Assembly (NCBI GenBank): GCA_028534125.1 | Contig: CM052817.1 | Coordinates: 56,608,001-56,671,813, forward strand | Length of the DNA stretch: 63,813 bases | Direction of reading: 5' to 3' | From: Lama glama | Taxonomy: Eukaryota | Shown here: piece after piece, positions 12,560 through 25,750 of the stretch | How the letters are laid out: every line of letters begins with the position of its first letter | How positions within the stretch are numbered: position 1 is the first letter of the stretch | Made by a program: the position numbers and the translations under genes | Notes under the pieces: model-generated | What the model was told of the DNA's origin: nothing | Databases searched by the model: none | Seen by the model: only the letters and a program-made list of their open reading frames with translations

Positions 12560-13290
12560 TTAGCAGATATATTAGGAAAAAAATGCAAACTAGTTTAAAT
12601 GAAAAAGGGAATTTCTTAGCTCAAAAACTCCTTGACCAAAAAGTGAGTTGGCTTTAAGAAATTCTTGTTCCTAAAGCTCAAAGAGTATTAGGACTCTGTC
12701 TTACTTCAACACAGACCCTTAAAATGTGGTAGAAGTGATGACTTCTACTTGCTCAAGGCACATCCCACCACCTGAAAATCTGAGGGAAACAGGGCACTTT
12801 CCCCACAGCTCAGGAAAAAGTTCCATAGACATGATGATTAATTTTATGTGTCAACTTTAGTGGGCTAAGGGATGCCCAGATGGCTGATTAAAAACATTAT
12901 TTCTGGGTATATCTGTGAGAGTGTTTCTGGAAGAGATTAGCACTTGAATTGGTACACTGAGTAAAGACATTAGCCCTCATCAACCACAGTGGGCTATCCA
13001 CCCACCCAACACTGAACAAAAAGAGGCAGAGAAAGATGAATAGATCTCTCTGCTTGAATAGGGACATCCATCCTCTGCCCTTAGACATTCAGGCTCCTGA
13101 TTCGTGGGCCTTCAAACTCCCACTGGGACTTACGTAATTGGCTCCTCTAGTTCTCAGGACTTTCAATTTGGACTGAAACTACATCATCAGTTTCAAATAT
13201 ACCACAATTAAACGGTTCCACCGTTGAAAAGGGGGGAGATTTACCTTAGGAAAGAGGGAGTGGAATGGCCAACAAAAGCGGCAGATCAGC
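12560..13290 (-). mobile_element. Old MaLR LTR (MLT1J/K-like), interrupted by an MLT2 LTR
   Basis: caaactagtttaaatgaaaaagggaatttcttagctca resembles the antisense MLT1 3' end. MLT1-like sequence resumes after about 13195. Confidence 0.5.
12830..13195 (+). mobile_element. ERVL LTR, MLT2B-like (3'-incomplete)
   Basis: Begins catgatgattaattttatgtgtcaactttagtgggctaagggatgcccaga, close to the MLT2 start TGTGATGGTTAATTTTATGTGTCAACTT. Also contains gtgtttctggaagagattagc. Confidence 0.85.
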
Positions 13291-16200
13291 CCTCAGTGCA
13301 TATATGCATGTTTACAAGCAGGAGAAGGAAGTGTCAAAAGCTTTCTTCAGATTCTAATAGGAGTCTGTGATGTCCCTGAAAAGGTTTAAATAGTATTGTA
13401 ATGAGTATAGTGTTGTTACCTGAAGGTACAGAGAAAGAAAATCCCAAAAATGAAAAAGCAGGTATTTTTTAATTGCGATCACGTTTTGACCAGCATGACT
13501 TTCCTTCTGTTAAACAACCACAATTTAGCATCAAGGGATTTATTCAAATTCTTATAGAAATGAGAACATAAACCTTCAGAGGCTAAATAATATAATGAAT
13601 ATAAACTCAGCTTCTGGAGAGATGAGTTTGTTTGCTGTTGCTGTTTTTCTTCTTTTTTAATGGAGGTCCTATCATTATGACACATGGTGGATAATCACAA
13701 AGACTGTTTTATCTCTCACTTTCTTTTTGAAATTCATTTAGTGTGGTAAGCTCTTCTGCTCTTGGATAAAAACTCAGGCACTGACACGAATTATGTGGCG
13801 ACTTAGATAATAAGAGCCATGGTTATTTCAAACTGTCAAATACAGTGGGACTCAGAAAGTTAGAATGCCTATATAATTAAAATTCTGATCTTCATTTAAA
13901 TTTTCTGTGAAGTATTGGCTCCATTTTTTGTCTAAGGATTTTTGATGCACATCTAGCCTATGTCTGTAGTAATGTAGATACATTGTTAAAAAAAAAAACA
14001 AAACCTCTGAATGGGTCCAATATATAACACAACCAGAATATTGAACAAAAAAGATTAATGGAGTCGATTCCCAAAGCAACATTTTTTTTTTTCCTTCTTC
14101 TCTGGTCTTTTACCTTTGTTCAGGAAAGCTTGCTTTTCCTATTCTGGGTAAAAGTTTCTTTAAAGCAACACATGCATAGATTTGGTTCACTTCTTAGCAT
14201 ATGCACACCAATATAACAATCCAGGATTTTACTTTATTCAAACGTATAGCTACTCTGTGCCCTGCCAGGGCCTATAGAAGGTAGAAAAAAAAAAAAAAAG
14301 AGCCAAAGAAGAAGGCATATTCAGCTTTTTTTTTTTTCTCCCTGTGCTCTTCCACTACATTGCTAACCATGGTTTCTGAATCCTCTGAAGCTGAAGCATA
14401 AGGAGGAAGAGATGCTAACTAGAGAGGGGAACATCTGTACGTGTTACTGGCATAGCTGGTTCTATAACCTCTGGACCTGGTCTTTTCTTGTGAGGCACAT
14501 TTGCTGGTCCTGCCCCAATTGCTACGGACCTTTCAGCTGCAGTATTCTTGATGTAGATCATGCATGCACTTTATTATTTCTTTCTTCCGCAGCCCATCAG
14601 AGTCCAGCAATTCATGTCCAACCTTCCTGTGCCAAGTTGGTTTGCTCCTCTAGGCAACCTACTTGGTCAGGACCTGAAATAATTTTACTCAAATTTAATC
14701 TCACCATTGTCTTCATCAAGCTCAAGTGACACAGTCATGGTTTCAAAAACCCTCATATGCTCAAGGAATGTAGGCTCAGAGTCACTTCATCCCTGATCAT
14801 TCAGGTACCTCAGATTGGTGCAGACCCCAATCCATGGTACCCTCTATTCCTACTCCTCCAATGTGGAGGGCTCACGTCATGTTCTCCCTCTACACCTGGA
14901 GAAAAGGTGAGGCCAATGGTAGAAATTTGCCAAGGAAATTCTTTCTCAATCACCAATAATCTGACACTTTATAATATCAATTTTGGCAAGGGGTCATATA
15001 ACTGATCTTCAAATATTTCCTGAGAAATTTTGCATTTTGTTTTGGCTCTTCCTTTTGGAATATCATCTTTATTTGATTTTTGTTGACTCAAACAAATGTT
15101 CTAACTTAATACCCTGTTAAAATATTATTTTTATTTTAAAATGGAGTTCTCATTTTGTGTACAATAAAATCATACAGTTCTAATCAAAATGAAGCATAAA
15201 AATGTCTGTATGAGTCTATGAATCAGTGTTTATATATCAATTCCAGTTACAGTGTCTATTAACTCTAAAATTGTTCTACAAAAATGACTATATATCATAA
15301 ATAATTGTTTCATCTTCTCCTTAAGTGGATATATTTCTCGTGGAGTTAAGTCTTTGTCTGGAACATGTATATTTGCTGCTCCCCTCCAAGTCACAATACA
15401 TGCTCCACAAACATGTGTACACTACCCATCCCATCCTGTTCACCTTCAGTGGAAGTTTCCTGCATGTGGACATTATCCTTACCTACTGTGTATCCTAATA
15501 AACAGAATTAGCCCAGACCAGACAAACTTCCCCTTGATTTGCTTGTTTCTTCTAACCCTCTTAGCTCCCCGTCTCAGCTCTTGACAATAACTTTGTTCAG
15601 AAGACTTTTTGAAGGAGCCACTCTGGCTCCCATGGCTATGGATATGTCATTTGCCCCCAGTGCCCACATACAGGCACCCTGGCACACTACTGAAGCTCTC
15701 ATCAGTGCCTCAGGCCCATCAGTTAAGAGGGATTCAACACAAAGGGCTAACCCTTGTCATCTAACAGTTGTGTTTATGTCTGACTGTTTTCATGGCAGTA
15801 TTAATTGCTATCACAAGACAGGATCTGTTACAAATTAGCTACTTATTTGATAGTGTCCATTTGATTAAGAGATATTTATTTTTATCTTGAAAGCAGAGTG
15901 CAGTCTTTAAAGTGAATCTGTCCCTTCGCTCACTGGCTAAAATAGAAAATGATTTCTTTCTTCTCATTCCATCAATCAAAGATCACAAACAAAGCTTTGA
16001 TGGATGACCAGCCATGATGGATTAGAATTACGTCATTATTAGAAAATGTCCCATCATCATTTTTCCAAAAGTGTACATCAATTATGGAGTCTGAATTTAG
16101 ATAAAAGTAGCCAGGAAAACATCTTCCTATCCATACTCTTCACATAGTACCTTTTGCAGTTAACTCTTTCTTTGCTTTGTCCTTGACAACTGTGACTTCA

Positions 16201-17780
16201 ATACCACTCTATCAACCTAAATAATAGTCTGGGCTTCCTCTAAGGACAATTCCTTTTGACAGTCTTAATGACTGTCTTTGACTACGAGATTCCTCCAGCA
16301 CTTTCTAATACAGAGCAACCAAGTGAAACTGAAGTGGAGAGCACACTTCATTCTAGATTCAAACAACTGTCACACAAGTTGACATTTTGAGTGTCATTTT
16401 ACTATTTGTAGAATAAGTCATGCACTTCCTATACATTGTCTTATAATATTTTACCAAAATGCTTCCAATCTGTATGATACAATACATTTCCTTGGCATTC
16501 TACCTGCAATATTTTCCCTGCTTACAAGCAAGGCAATACGTGAACCATTCATTGAAATTAACTTTAGGGAGGCAGCAAGGCTTGATGGTGTTTCTAAAAG
16601 CTGAGCCATAGTGAACTGTGAATGAGCTTTAGAATCAAAGAGAATTGTTCTATCTTTGATGCTTCCCTTTTTCAAGTTCTCAAGGCACATTTGTTCTATT
16701 CCATTTTTCACATTTTTGATATCTGAAAATTAATATACCAAATATATATGAATGCCCAGTATGACTGAGAAATTAGATTTAGCCCATTGGAGTTAATAAT
16801 AAGGAAAAATATTTTTCTTGCAGTAATAATATGTACCATATTTTAAATGTTTCAAACTAGGCAGTATGCATATTGTAATCCTTTGGTAAAGCGAAATGGG
16901 ATGCAAATTATTGGTCCCCCTTTGGTGCCTGGAGGAAATTATAGAAAAAAAAAAAAAACAACAAAAAAGTTATACCCATCCACTGAAGTGGAAATTATGG
17001 CATAGGAAAGAACAGGGCTTTTATCTGCTTTGATAGAACTTCATTTAACAATATTAGAAGGTTTATTTTTATAATGAGAATATATAGAAATTATAAAACA
17101 GACTATATATTGTGTCTTATCACAATTGCAGAGGATAGTTTAATCACCTAAAAGCTGCATTCTTCATGTTGAAAAGTGAGAAATAAGCCTCATTTGGAGA
17201 AATCCCATCTTACTTTTTTATTGCTATTTTCAAAATCTATTTTTAAATAAAGTTTGATGCTATATTCATATGGAATTCTCAACTATCTTCCTGTAGGCAA
17301 CGAGCCAGCTTCGTAATTGCTGGATAATAAGCAGAAGGGAAGAGATCCTCTTTAATATTTTCAGTTACTGAAATTCACTGGAAGGAACACTCAACAAAGG
17401 ATGGACAGGACTATATTCTATCTACAAATCTTTCATAAAACTGTTTATTTTCCTTGCCTAATACATGTGCAATACTACTTGTCTTGGATATCTCTCAGGA
17501 TACTTATAAGTGAAAAAAAAAAAACTTAACAGTGAAAGTGAAAAATAAATAAATGCTCTAAAAAGTGTAAAGTGCAACCCAAACATAAAACATCCCAGTT
17601 GCAGGGCTCATTTTAGTCCTTCTGGATCTTCTAACTTTGATGCTATCCATCAGAATGGTTTTAGCATTTATATTTATTAACAAGAGTAAAGAAAATTAGA
17701 TGACAGGTGAAATTTGAAAGGACATACATCCATGCCACATGGCTCTTGTCTGGCTGTGAAAACACTATTACATAAGCTGG

Positions 17781-18347
17781 TGCAGCAGATAAACTCCAGG
17801 GCAGCTGCCCATGATCTTTGCTTCCTAGTATACACACCCTGTATAAGCCCTTCTCCCTGAGCATGGGTGGGGTCTGTCACTAGCCAACAGAACATGGCAA
17901 AGATAATGAGATGCTACTTCTGTGACTGCATTACTATATAAAAGACTATCTTGTTAACAGACTCTCAAGAGACTCTAGTTGGCTTGATGAAGGGGCCATG
18001 TTGAAAAAGCCACGTGGCAAGGAATTGTGGGTGGCCTCTATGAACTGAGAGTGACTTCCAGGAGCAGAGTGTAGCCTCCAGCAGATATCTGGCAAAAGCC
18101 AGTATAGCCACAGGAAAATGAATTCTGCCAGTAGCCTTAGTGAGCTTGGAAGTGGATTCTCCCTCATCCCCAGATAGGAATGCAGGCTGGTCACATCTTG
18201 ATTGCAGCTTGTAAGACCTTGAGCAGAGGTCTCAACTACTCTGTGACTAGATTCCTGACCCACAGAAATTGTGGAATAATAAATGCGTGCTTTTTTGAGC
18301 AGCTAAGCTTATGATGATTTGTTATGCAGTAATAGAAAATTAACACA
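17781..18347 (+). mobile_element. MaLR solo LTR (MLT1E/F-like)
   Basis: TG...CA termini. Contains aagccacgtggcaagga, gaattctgcca...gagcttggaagtggattct and gattcctgacccacagaaa, AATAAA at about 18278, and ends ttgttatgcagtaatagaaaattaacaca. Confidence 0.9.
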
Positions 18348-19199
18348 GTAGGTAAAGGGTTCATTATTAACCTGACTTAATTAATGATAACTATCAAACC
18401 AAGAGATTAAATATTTTTTTGATAAGTCACAGCCTACTACTGATCATCATTCCTTCTGAGATACTGATTGGAAATTGAACACTTTCCATATTTGCACTAA
18501 ATCAGTTGGCTGATTTGGAAATTTGGAAATCTAAATCAAAAGATATTTGCCTTTAACAATTATCTACAGGTTGCTTCTCACTCTAATTGTAAGTGATATC
18601 AAATTTTCCTTACAGCTATCCACTTCCTTATGAAGAAAGCCTAGAATATCAGACTTTTGTAGCTGAAACAATAAAAATGTATGCGTATTTGTGCAACCTG
18701 TGATATAAGCAGAGCATATTTATTAATACACCTATTTTCTAATAGCAAAAGGCACCCACTATTTTCTTTCCATTTTCCCATTCTCTTCTATTATTGTACT
18801 CAACATTGGAGTCTCTTCTTAATTTCCGATTTAAATTTTCCAAAGAGCAGAATGCAATAATCAATTATCTAACACCAATGGCTATTCTTCTTGCCCAGGG
18901 TGCTCTAAAGAACTGAAAGGAAATCTGTTAGGTCATTTCCTCATATATAAGGATTCTATGAGATTAGATTCTTAGCTATAGTGTTAAATGTATCAACAAC
19001 CATCCAAAACCAGGTGAGCTAGCTCCCTTCTTTTCCCAACAGGAGACACCAAAGAAAAAAAAATTTAGAGCACTCAATTTGAATGTTCCTATATAAATGC
19101 AGGTGACATAGTGAGCACAAGCACACACAACATTCTGTTTTCTAAAAGTAAGGCCTCCTACTACCAAGATTCATGGTGCTTTGAGTGTCTTCCCTCTAT

Positions 19200-19706
19200 T
19201 CTAATGGGAACACAAACTATTCTTATACCAGAATAAGTGCTGGAAATTATTCAGCTATTACTTTTTAGTGTTTTTTCCACCAGCTGTGTATAGTTTCATC
19301 TCATGAACGTCCAAATAAGTACACAGCCAGAGGCTAGAGCATCACCGTTCTGCAAATCTCCAGATCTCTTTCTGCCTTCTCTCCTATGCTATGCCCTACA
19401 CATTCCAGCCACGCTGCCTTCTTGTCACTCTGGTTTCTATTCTCTATTCAGGGTGACTGCTAGGCTCTCTCTCACTCCCTACCTCCCTCCATAGCAACCT
19501 GGAGACTACCTTTAGACATCAAGGCGAAGTAATTGTAAGTTAACTTCATTTTGTTCACCCCTTTCTTGGAGATCATAGATCTGCACTGCCTGTTGTCTGA
19601 TGTTGAAAAACAGTCATTTCATATATTTTGTCCGGTTTACTGGTTGTATCAAAGGAGTGTAAACTTCACGGCAATTAATCTTCCTTGGCCAATAGTAGAA
19701 GACCAT
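19200..19706 (-). mobile_element. Ancient L1 (L1ME-type) 5' end fragment
   Basis: ctgcactgcctgttgtctgatgttgaaaaacagtcatttcatatattttgtccggttt ... ttggccaatagtagaagacc resembles the antisense L1ME 5' end. Confidence 0.65.
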
Positions 19707-19819
19707 ATCTTTTTTACCCTATCCCTCCATGTGTGACTCGGCATTATCATAGACAGCACCCGTACCACACAACTGAACCCCAGAGACGTGATAAGCTGGA
19801 GAGAGAAGTTTTCACTCTG

Positions 19820-20065
19820 GGGAAAGCAGTTAAGAGGCTTAATGAACAAGAGCACACATTCCAAGTTTACATCCTGGCATGCTACCTATTAGCTATTTGA
19901 CCTTTGCAAATCATTAAATGGTCTCTGCCTCAGTTTTCCCAGATGCCAAACATGGAAAGCAATAATACATCTCATATGAGTGTTGTAGATTAATTTATTT
20001 GATACATGCAAAGTGCTTGAGGGTACCTAGCACATATTAATTATCATATATTACTTATTATTATA
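19820..20065 (+). mobile_element. MIR SINE
   Basis: tagctatttgacctttgcaaatcattaa...ctctgcctcagttttccc...aaagtgcttga...cctagcacata and a tattatt tail. Confidence 0.8.
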
Positions 20066-20079
20066 AGAGCTATTACTAT

Positions 20080-20400
20080 AATTAGCTTGAGGAGCTAAGA
20101 AAAAGATGTAAAAAATGGGTGATATGACTATTCATTTGGTTGGAGAGTAAAAGGGGTAAAGACAATACTCTTCAATACATGTGAGCTATTATATTACCAG
20201 GGATGGGTTCTGTGGTCATACACGAAGACTAAAGTTCAAGAAAATGTCCCAAAAGTACGAGCAATTACAGCTTGTGAAGAAAAAATTCCTTGACAGAAAT
20301 GGTAATTAAACACAATATAAGAAAGTTTTATAAAATGCTCCTCTCTGATGGCTTTTAAAATCGGAAGGATCCCTCTGAATGCAAAAGGATAAAGTTCTAA
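20080..20400 (+). mobile_element. Possible CR1/L3 fragment
   Basis: Loose similarity to the L3 3' region (ctcttcaatacatgtgagct ... gaagaaaaaattccttgacag). Confidence 0.35.
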
Positions 20401-20429
20401 TTTGACTCGATAGCAGGGGGTGCCCAGTC

Positions 20430-20640
20430 ACCCATGCATTTGTTTCCTCATTCAATAAAAGGCTATTAACATCTACTATGGCTTCCGTTTGAGGTCTTAG
20501 CAGATGCAAAAATGAATCATGTCGTCTCCGTCCTTGAGAATCTCAGGATGTAGAGGCAGGGAAAGAAACAGAAACACAATTTCAAGGCAATGTCAATCGA
20601 CGTCTAGCCAGAGTAAGAACAAAGTGTAATCAAAGAACTA
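20430..20640 (-). mobile_element. L2 3' end fragment
   Basis: cattcaataaaaggctattaacatctactatgg ... gtccttgagaatctcag. Confidence 0.5.
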
Positions 20641-21089
20641 AAAACGATTGTCTAAGAGTACTTGTAGCCTTAATTTAAGGTTAAAAGATACAGTGTTGAC
20701 AGTTTATTTTAAAAACTTTGCCTCACATCATTTTCCTACAGAAATCTCAAAGAATTTAAAACAATTTTTAAATGGAAGGAATGTTTTGACTCATCGATAG
20801 TGAATGACTAATCATTATATGCCAATAAATGTATTTAATAATCAGCTAAAATTTAATCTCCAAATATTCAAAGATATAATAAAAGCAAAGATAAACACAA
20901 TGTTTCTCCCCACTTTGGCCTCCCTTTGTGGATATCACTGAACTCTATTACTTTAAAAGATGAATGATGACTAATTCTAGATACCCCCAAGACAATGTTA
21001 GTTTTCAGAAAAATCCATCTTATTTCATTGACCTAATAAAGGATTTAAGATAGGTGTGTCAAAGGTAATAGAGAATAAGGGATAAAAAA

Positions 21090-21335
21090 TGATAGCTACC
21101 CTTTTAAAATATGATTATGTGCTAGGACTTGTTCTAGTTCCTTAAGATCATGGCCTGCATTTAATTTTCAGTCTTCATCCAAAGTAGCTACTATTACTTT
21201 TTCTTCTTAGGTTTAAGGAAACTGAGTCTCAAGGATGATAAATGAACATAGGTTATATGATTCATAAGTGATGAAGCTGGAATTTGAAACCAGAGCCATG
21301 TGTCTCTAAATTCCTAGCTCTTAACCACAGTATGT
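21090..21335 (-). mobile_element. MIR SINE
   Basis: aaggaaactgagtctcaagga ... gaagctggaatttgaaaccag ... gctcttaaccac. Confidence 0.8.
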
Positions 21336-22691
21336 GTTGCCTCCAGACCTGAGCAGCAAATGTGGCCCAAATTGCTTTAGAAAGTAATAAGAAATAAGGC
21401 CCTCAAAGGGAATCCTTCCTGTCCCCAAGGTATTAAGGTACAGGTATAATGGAGTGGTTTAAAACAACAATTCTTTAGGAGTTTCATTTAAATATCCTGT
21501 AAAAATTAGTTTTTTTCCACTTTATTTCCCCCCATCATTTTTCTCCACTAAAGAAGATTTAGTATGCTTGTACAGGAAGAAAAAAAAAATCAAATTACTT
21601 CAATAGACAAGATTGATGGGAACTTGGAAAAAAAAATAATGATTGAAATTCTCAGCTGTTCTCCAAGGTGATTAAATCCTAATTGAGGGAAGGGCCTTGT
21701 GTGAAACCTGCAGGCTACAGCAAGATGGTTCTGTGGGCTCTGAAGGAGATATAGCTGGATCTATTGCATTCAGCAACTGCTTTAGGCAGTTCCGAATCGA
21801 GTGGTTACAATTCAATAATAGGAAGGGCTGACATTATAATGATTTCTATTCTCCTTAATTATTCTGTAACGTTTGTTAATGTGCATAAGCAATGATTCTG
21901 AAGCACCATTTAAGAGGGCACAGAGAAACTCTCATTTAGGTGGATGGAACTCAATTTTAGTGGGGTGACATTCTAGTCCCCTCTTAAAATGTATTGTACA
22001 TCTACCCTTTGAGCTTAATGCCCTCAAGTACTTCTTACTTATCAATAGAAGATGACTATTCAGGTGAAGGAATGACAAAATTCTGTTAATATTTAAGTAG
22101 TAATTTATCATTTAGATTCCCTCTAGAGACAAAATCACGGAAAAAGATGTTCACAGTTTTTCAGGGAAAAGACATCTCCATTACATGGATTAGGAAAATG
22201 AGGCTTAGAGATATTAAATGCTTTGTCAAAGACAACATAGCCTATAAGGAGCAAACCTGTGCATTTTGTTTATTTTGTTATTACACTGTGCTTTATTGAT
22301 TTTTAAGAGAGTATTCTTCTCTCTTTGAGTTGAATGTGTTTAGCAACTTTTCCATGAATTGAGTAGCTAAAAGATGCTATACCCATATCTCATTTAATGG
22401 ATCTTTTTGGATGCCCATCATATGCCAGTGGTGCAAAACTCAAATGCTATTCCTGTCCTCTGGGAGCTTATAATTGAGCAGTAAAGAAAAACAATGAACA
22501 GGTAATTTTAAGTAAAATTTGGGAAACTGATTTAATTCTTACATGTAGTATGGACAGAAACCAAGAGAAATATATCATTGCCTTATATCAGAAGCCTTTT
22601 GAGTTTGGCGAAGTGGAAAAAAAAAGAAGAAAATCATTGGTGGACAACTTGAGAAAACATTGCAAATCAAGGTTTCATTAAATGATCAACT

Positions 22692-23035
22692 CGTACTAAA
22701 GCCTGACTCCATTCTTGATATTTGACCTCTGACAGCTTTCAGGACCACCTTTCCATTATCCCTTCTTGTCCTTACATAAGAAAATCTGGGTTCCTTCCCA
22801 TGGCACGCAAAGGTAAGATCAAAACATGCAAACTTTACTCCATATGTGAAAATGTTCCCTCCAGACCCATTCCTTAACCACAATACCAACCAAAGCCATT
22901 ACATCTCACATAGCTCAAGCCATTCCAGACAAGCTTGTGTACCTGTACTGTCCTATTTTGTGAAAAATAAACCTTTTCATATCCTCTTGGTGCTTGTGTG
23001 ACATCTGTCTTGACATCTGAACCAATTTTTGAGAA
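22692..23035 (+). mobile_element. Class III ERV LTR (MER73/MER54/MER88/LTR53-like)
   Basis: Begins cgtactaaagcctgactccattcttgatatttgacctctgacagctttca, has AATAAA at 22966-22971 and aataaaccttttcatatcctcttggtg, and is followed directly by a PBS-like motif. Confidence 0.65.
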
Positions 23036-23053
23036 TGGTGATGTGAGCAGAAT
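23036..23053 (+). other. Degenerate retroviral primer-binding site complementary to tRNA-Ser(CGA)
   Basis: tggtgatgtgagcagaat matches TGGCGCTGTGAGCAGGAT (complement of the tRNA-Ser-CGA 3' end as recalled) at 15 of 18 positions and sits immediately 3' of the LTR. Confidence 0.6.
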
Positions 23054-23400
23054 GATCAAGGAGATGACCACTAATGTGTGTAGGACTTCCTTTGACTTGT
23101 AAACTGGCTCTGCCGCCTGCCTGGGCATGCCCTGGGAGTGGCTGCCTACTGGCTAGCCTGGACGTCCAGCTGCACTGCTGCCTGCTGGTGCAAAACTGGG
23201 CTTTGTGCCCACTCTTGCATTTTTACCACTCTTACCAAGTCTCTGTTTTAGATTTATGAGCCTAAGTTGCAAGTTTTAACAACTGGTGTTTAGAAGCAGA
23301 AGTATGGAATTGGGGCCCTTTCTAAAGTACAGCTGAGTTGTGAGTCTTGGCCTGTACCTTGTGTCTTGGGTATCTTGTGTCCTGTGTTGAATTATGTGTT
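23054..23400 (+). mobile_element. ERV internal leader fragment following the PBS
   Basis: GC-richer block directly after the LTR and PBS. No gag ORF was recognised. Confidence 0.45.
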
Positions 23401-23789
23401 TTTATTCCAGCACAAGCCATGATCAATGTATACTCAAGAGAATGACCCTTATCCTGTGACTATTGATTATTTGTTTCAATCAGGCATTAATTTCCATTCT
23501 GCGGAACTCTTGGGTGATAGATTGATCCTCTGTGCATATATTTATGAGCCCATCAAATAGTCACTCATGTGGAAGAAGAAGTCCATATTTCCAAAAACAA
23601 ATTACTTAACTGGGATCCTAGGACGTATTACATACTTCTACTACTGTTGCTTATGCCTCTGTCACCCAAAAAGATCCCAATTTTTAAAATCATAGGAAAA
23701 AATACTGATGGCACAGAATGTTTTATCCCTGTTCTTGCTAAAGAATGAGAAGACATCATACCCTAATGGATAACTGTAAAATGAACCAA

Positions 23790-24010
23790 CAAAGGGTCTG
23801 GGTTCAACTGAGCATCATGATTTAGCAACATGTTAAGAGGTTAATTTAAATCTGATTTTAGCATAGGGCACTTCAAACCCAGTAAGACTATAATCATCAT
23901 GGAAGACCCCCTAACCCTGACAGTATTTATTTGAGACACTTATAAAAAAGTGGGACACATTTAGAAGAAAACATACAAATATGAACAGGATAGAGAGGAT
24001 CTCCTGAAAT
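23790..24010 (+). mobile_element. Possible CR1/L3 fragment
   Basis: Loose similarity to the L3 ORF2 3' part. Followed by (CA)n at about 24023-24042. Confidence 0.3.
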
Positions 24011-24502
24011 ATACCTGGTAACCACACACACACACACACACAAACCCTGATACCAGGAGAGGAAACAAAAATTGAAAAAGATTTGCTACTTGATCCAATT
24101 GGAAATCCAAAATTTACTATACGAAATGAAGGAAAATTCCTTTGAAGCCACACTTCCAGATTATTAGAGTCTCAAGTCTGTGTTATACTGAACCTTATTC
24201 TATGAACACATCAGGGATACAGTCTTAGAGATGATGGGCCTTTAATTCCTACTCTACAGCAAAATGTGGTTGGGTCCATGTGCCAGACTTTTATCTACTC
24301 TAATCAACTATTTGTGTATATATAAAATTCTCTGATTCTATACAGAGTATGCATCCGTAAGTTTCCTTTTTTTCATTTCATTCAGTTCAATAGGACTTAT
24401 ATTAAAATTAGCTAAGTACCTTTTTACATTTCAGATACATGAAACATTATGAAACATTAGATAATCTGAGAGACAACTTTAACTCCAGAATTTTTCTAAT
24501 AA

Positions 24503-24967
24503 ATATATATACACACACATACACAATGGAATACTACTCAGCCATAAAAAGAAAGAAATTTTGCCATTTGCAGCAACATGGATGGACTTAGGGTATTATG
24601 CTAAGTGAAATAAGTCAAGACAGAGAAAGACAAATACTGTGTGATATCACTTGTACACAGAATCTAAAAAGTACAACAAACTAGTGAAAATAACAAAAAA
24701 GAAGCAGACTTAGATGTAGAGAACAAACTAGTGTTTACCAGAGGGGAGAGGGAAGGGAAGAGGGGCAATACTGGGTAAGGGACTAAGAGATACAAACTAT
24801 CATGTATAAAATAAGCTATAAGTATATATGGTATAAGATATGGAATACAGCCAATATTTTATGATAACTAATGGAATACAACCTTTAAAAACTGTGAATC
24901 ACTATATTGTACACAGGTAATTTATATAATATTGTACATCAACTATACAACAGTAAAAAAAAAAAAA
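24503..24967 (+). mobile_element. L1 3' end (artiodactyl-type 3' UTR) with poly(A)
   Basis: caatggaatactactcagccataaaaag ... ttgcagcaacatggatggac ... tgtgaatcactatattgtacac ... caactatac and an A tail at about 24955-24967. Confidence 0.9.
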
Positions 24968-25609
24968 TTGCATCTGTGACCATCCCATCACTGAGTCTTA
25001 GATTCACAATTCATTCACTCATACACATGCTTCAATACAAAATCATAATAGCTTTAACAGAGTGGGAGTGGAAAAGAACTTACATTTGCCTGGTATTTCA
25101 GAAAAGACCTTCAGGGAGAGTTGCATTTGAGGTAGATGAGTTTATCAGGAGGCATTGTTTCTGGAATATTATGTTGCAATGAGAGAGAAGAGTGGAAATT
25201 TGACTGTGGTTAGATTTTCAATGAGTATCTGATTTATTCTTTAGCATGAATGAATGGGAACTACTGAATAATTTTGAACAAGTAGTAACATAGTTTGATT
25301 TGTATATATGAAAGACTATTTTGGTGGTATGTGTGAAGAACTAATTAGAAAGCAACAAAGATGTTGTGACAGTTGAGTTAAGCATTCCTGGCATGCTTTA
25401 TGTGTAGACTTATCTATGCTTATTTCTGTATATCAAAGTATTAGAAGAGAACATAGAAGGTGTACTGATAACGTGATACAAAAATTGTAGGATTAAATTA
25501 AACAAGGCAAATTATTTACTCAAATTTGGATGTATTTGGCTTATCTCTGTCTATAGATTTATGTCTTATATACTAAGCATTCTTTTAGAAAATAAGAAGT
25601 TTTTAAGCT

Positions 25610-25750
25610 AACTACCTTTCTTTCCATTTTATGGATGGAAAAACTGAGACTGATGAAGTTAAATCATTTAATAATTGACAAAGCTGGGATTTGAATCTAG
25701 ATTTATCAAATATGGCTAACATCAAATTCCTTATGCTTCTCACAGTTCCA
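25610..25750 (-). mobile_element. MIR SINE
   Basis: ccattttatggatggaaaaactgagact...aagctgggatttgaatctag. Confidence 0.7.

Noticed and set aside
15350..15832. GC-richer block with AATAAA ending in tgttaca, a possible ancient Gypsy LTR
   Set aside because: I could not identify a matching terminus, TSD or PBS, so it is too weak to call.
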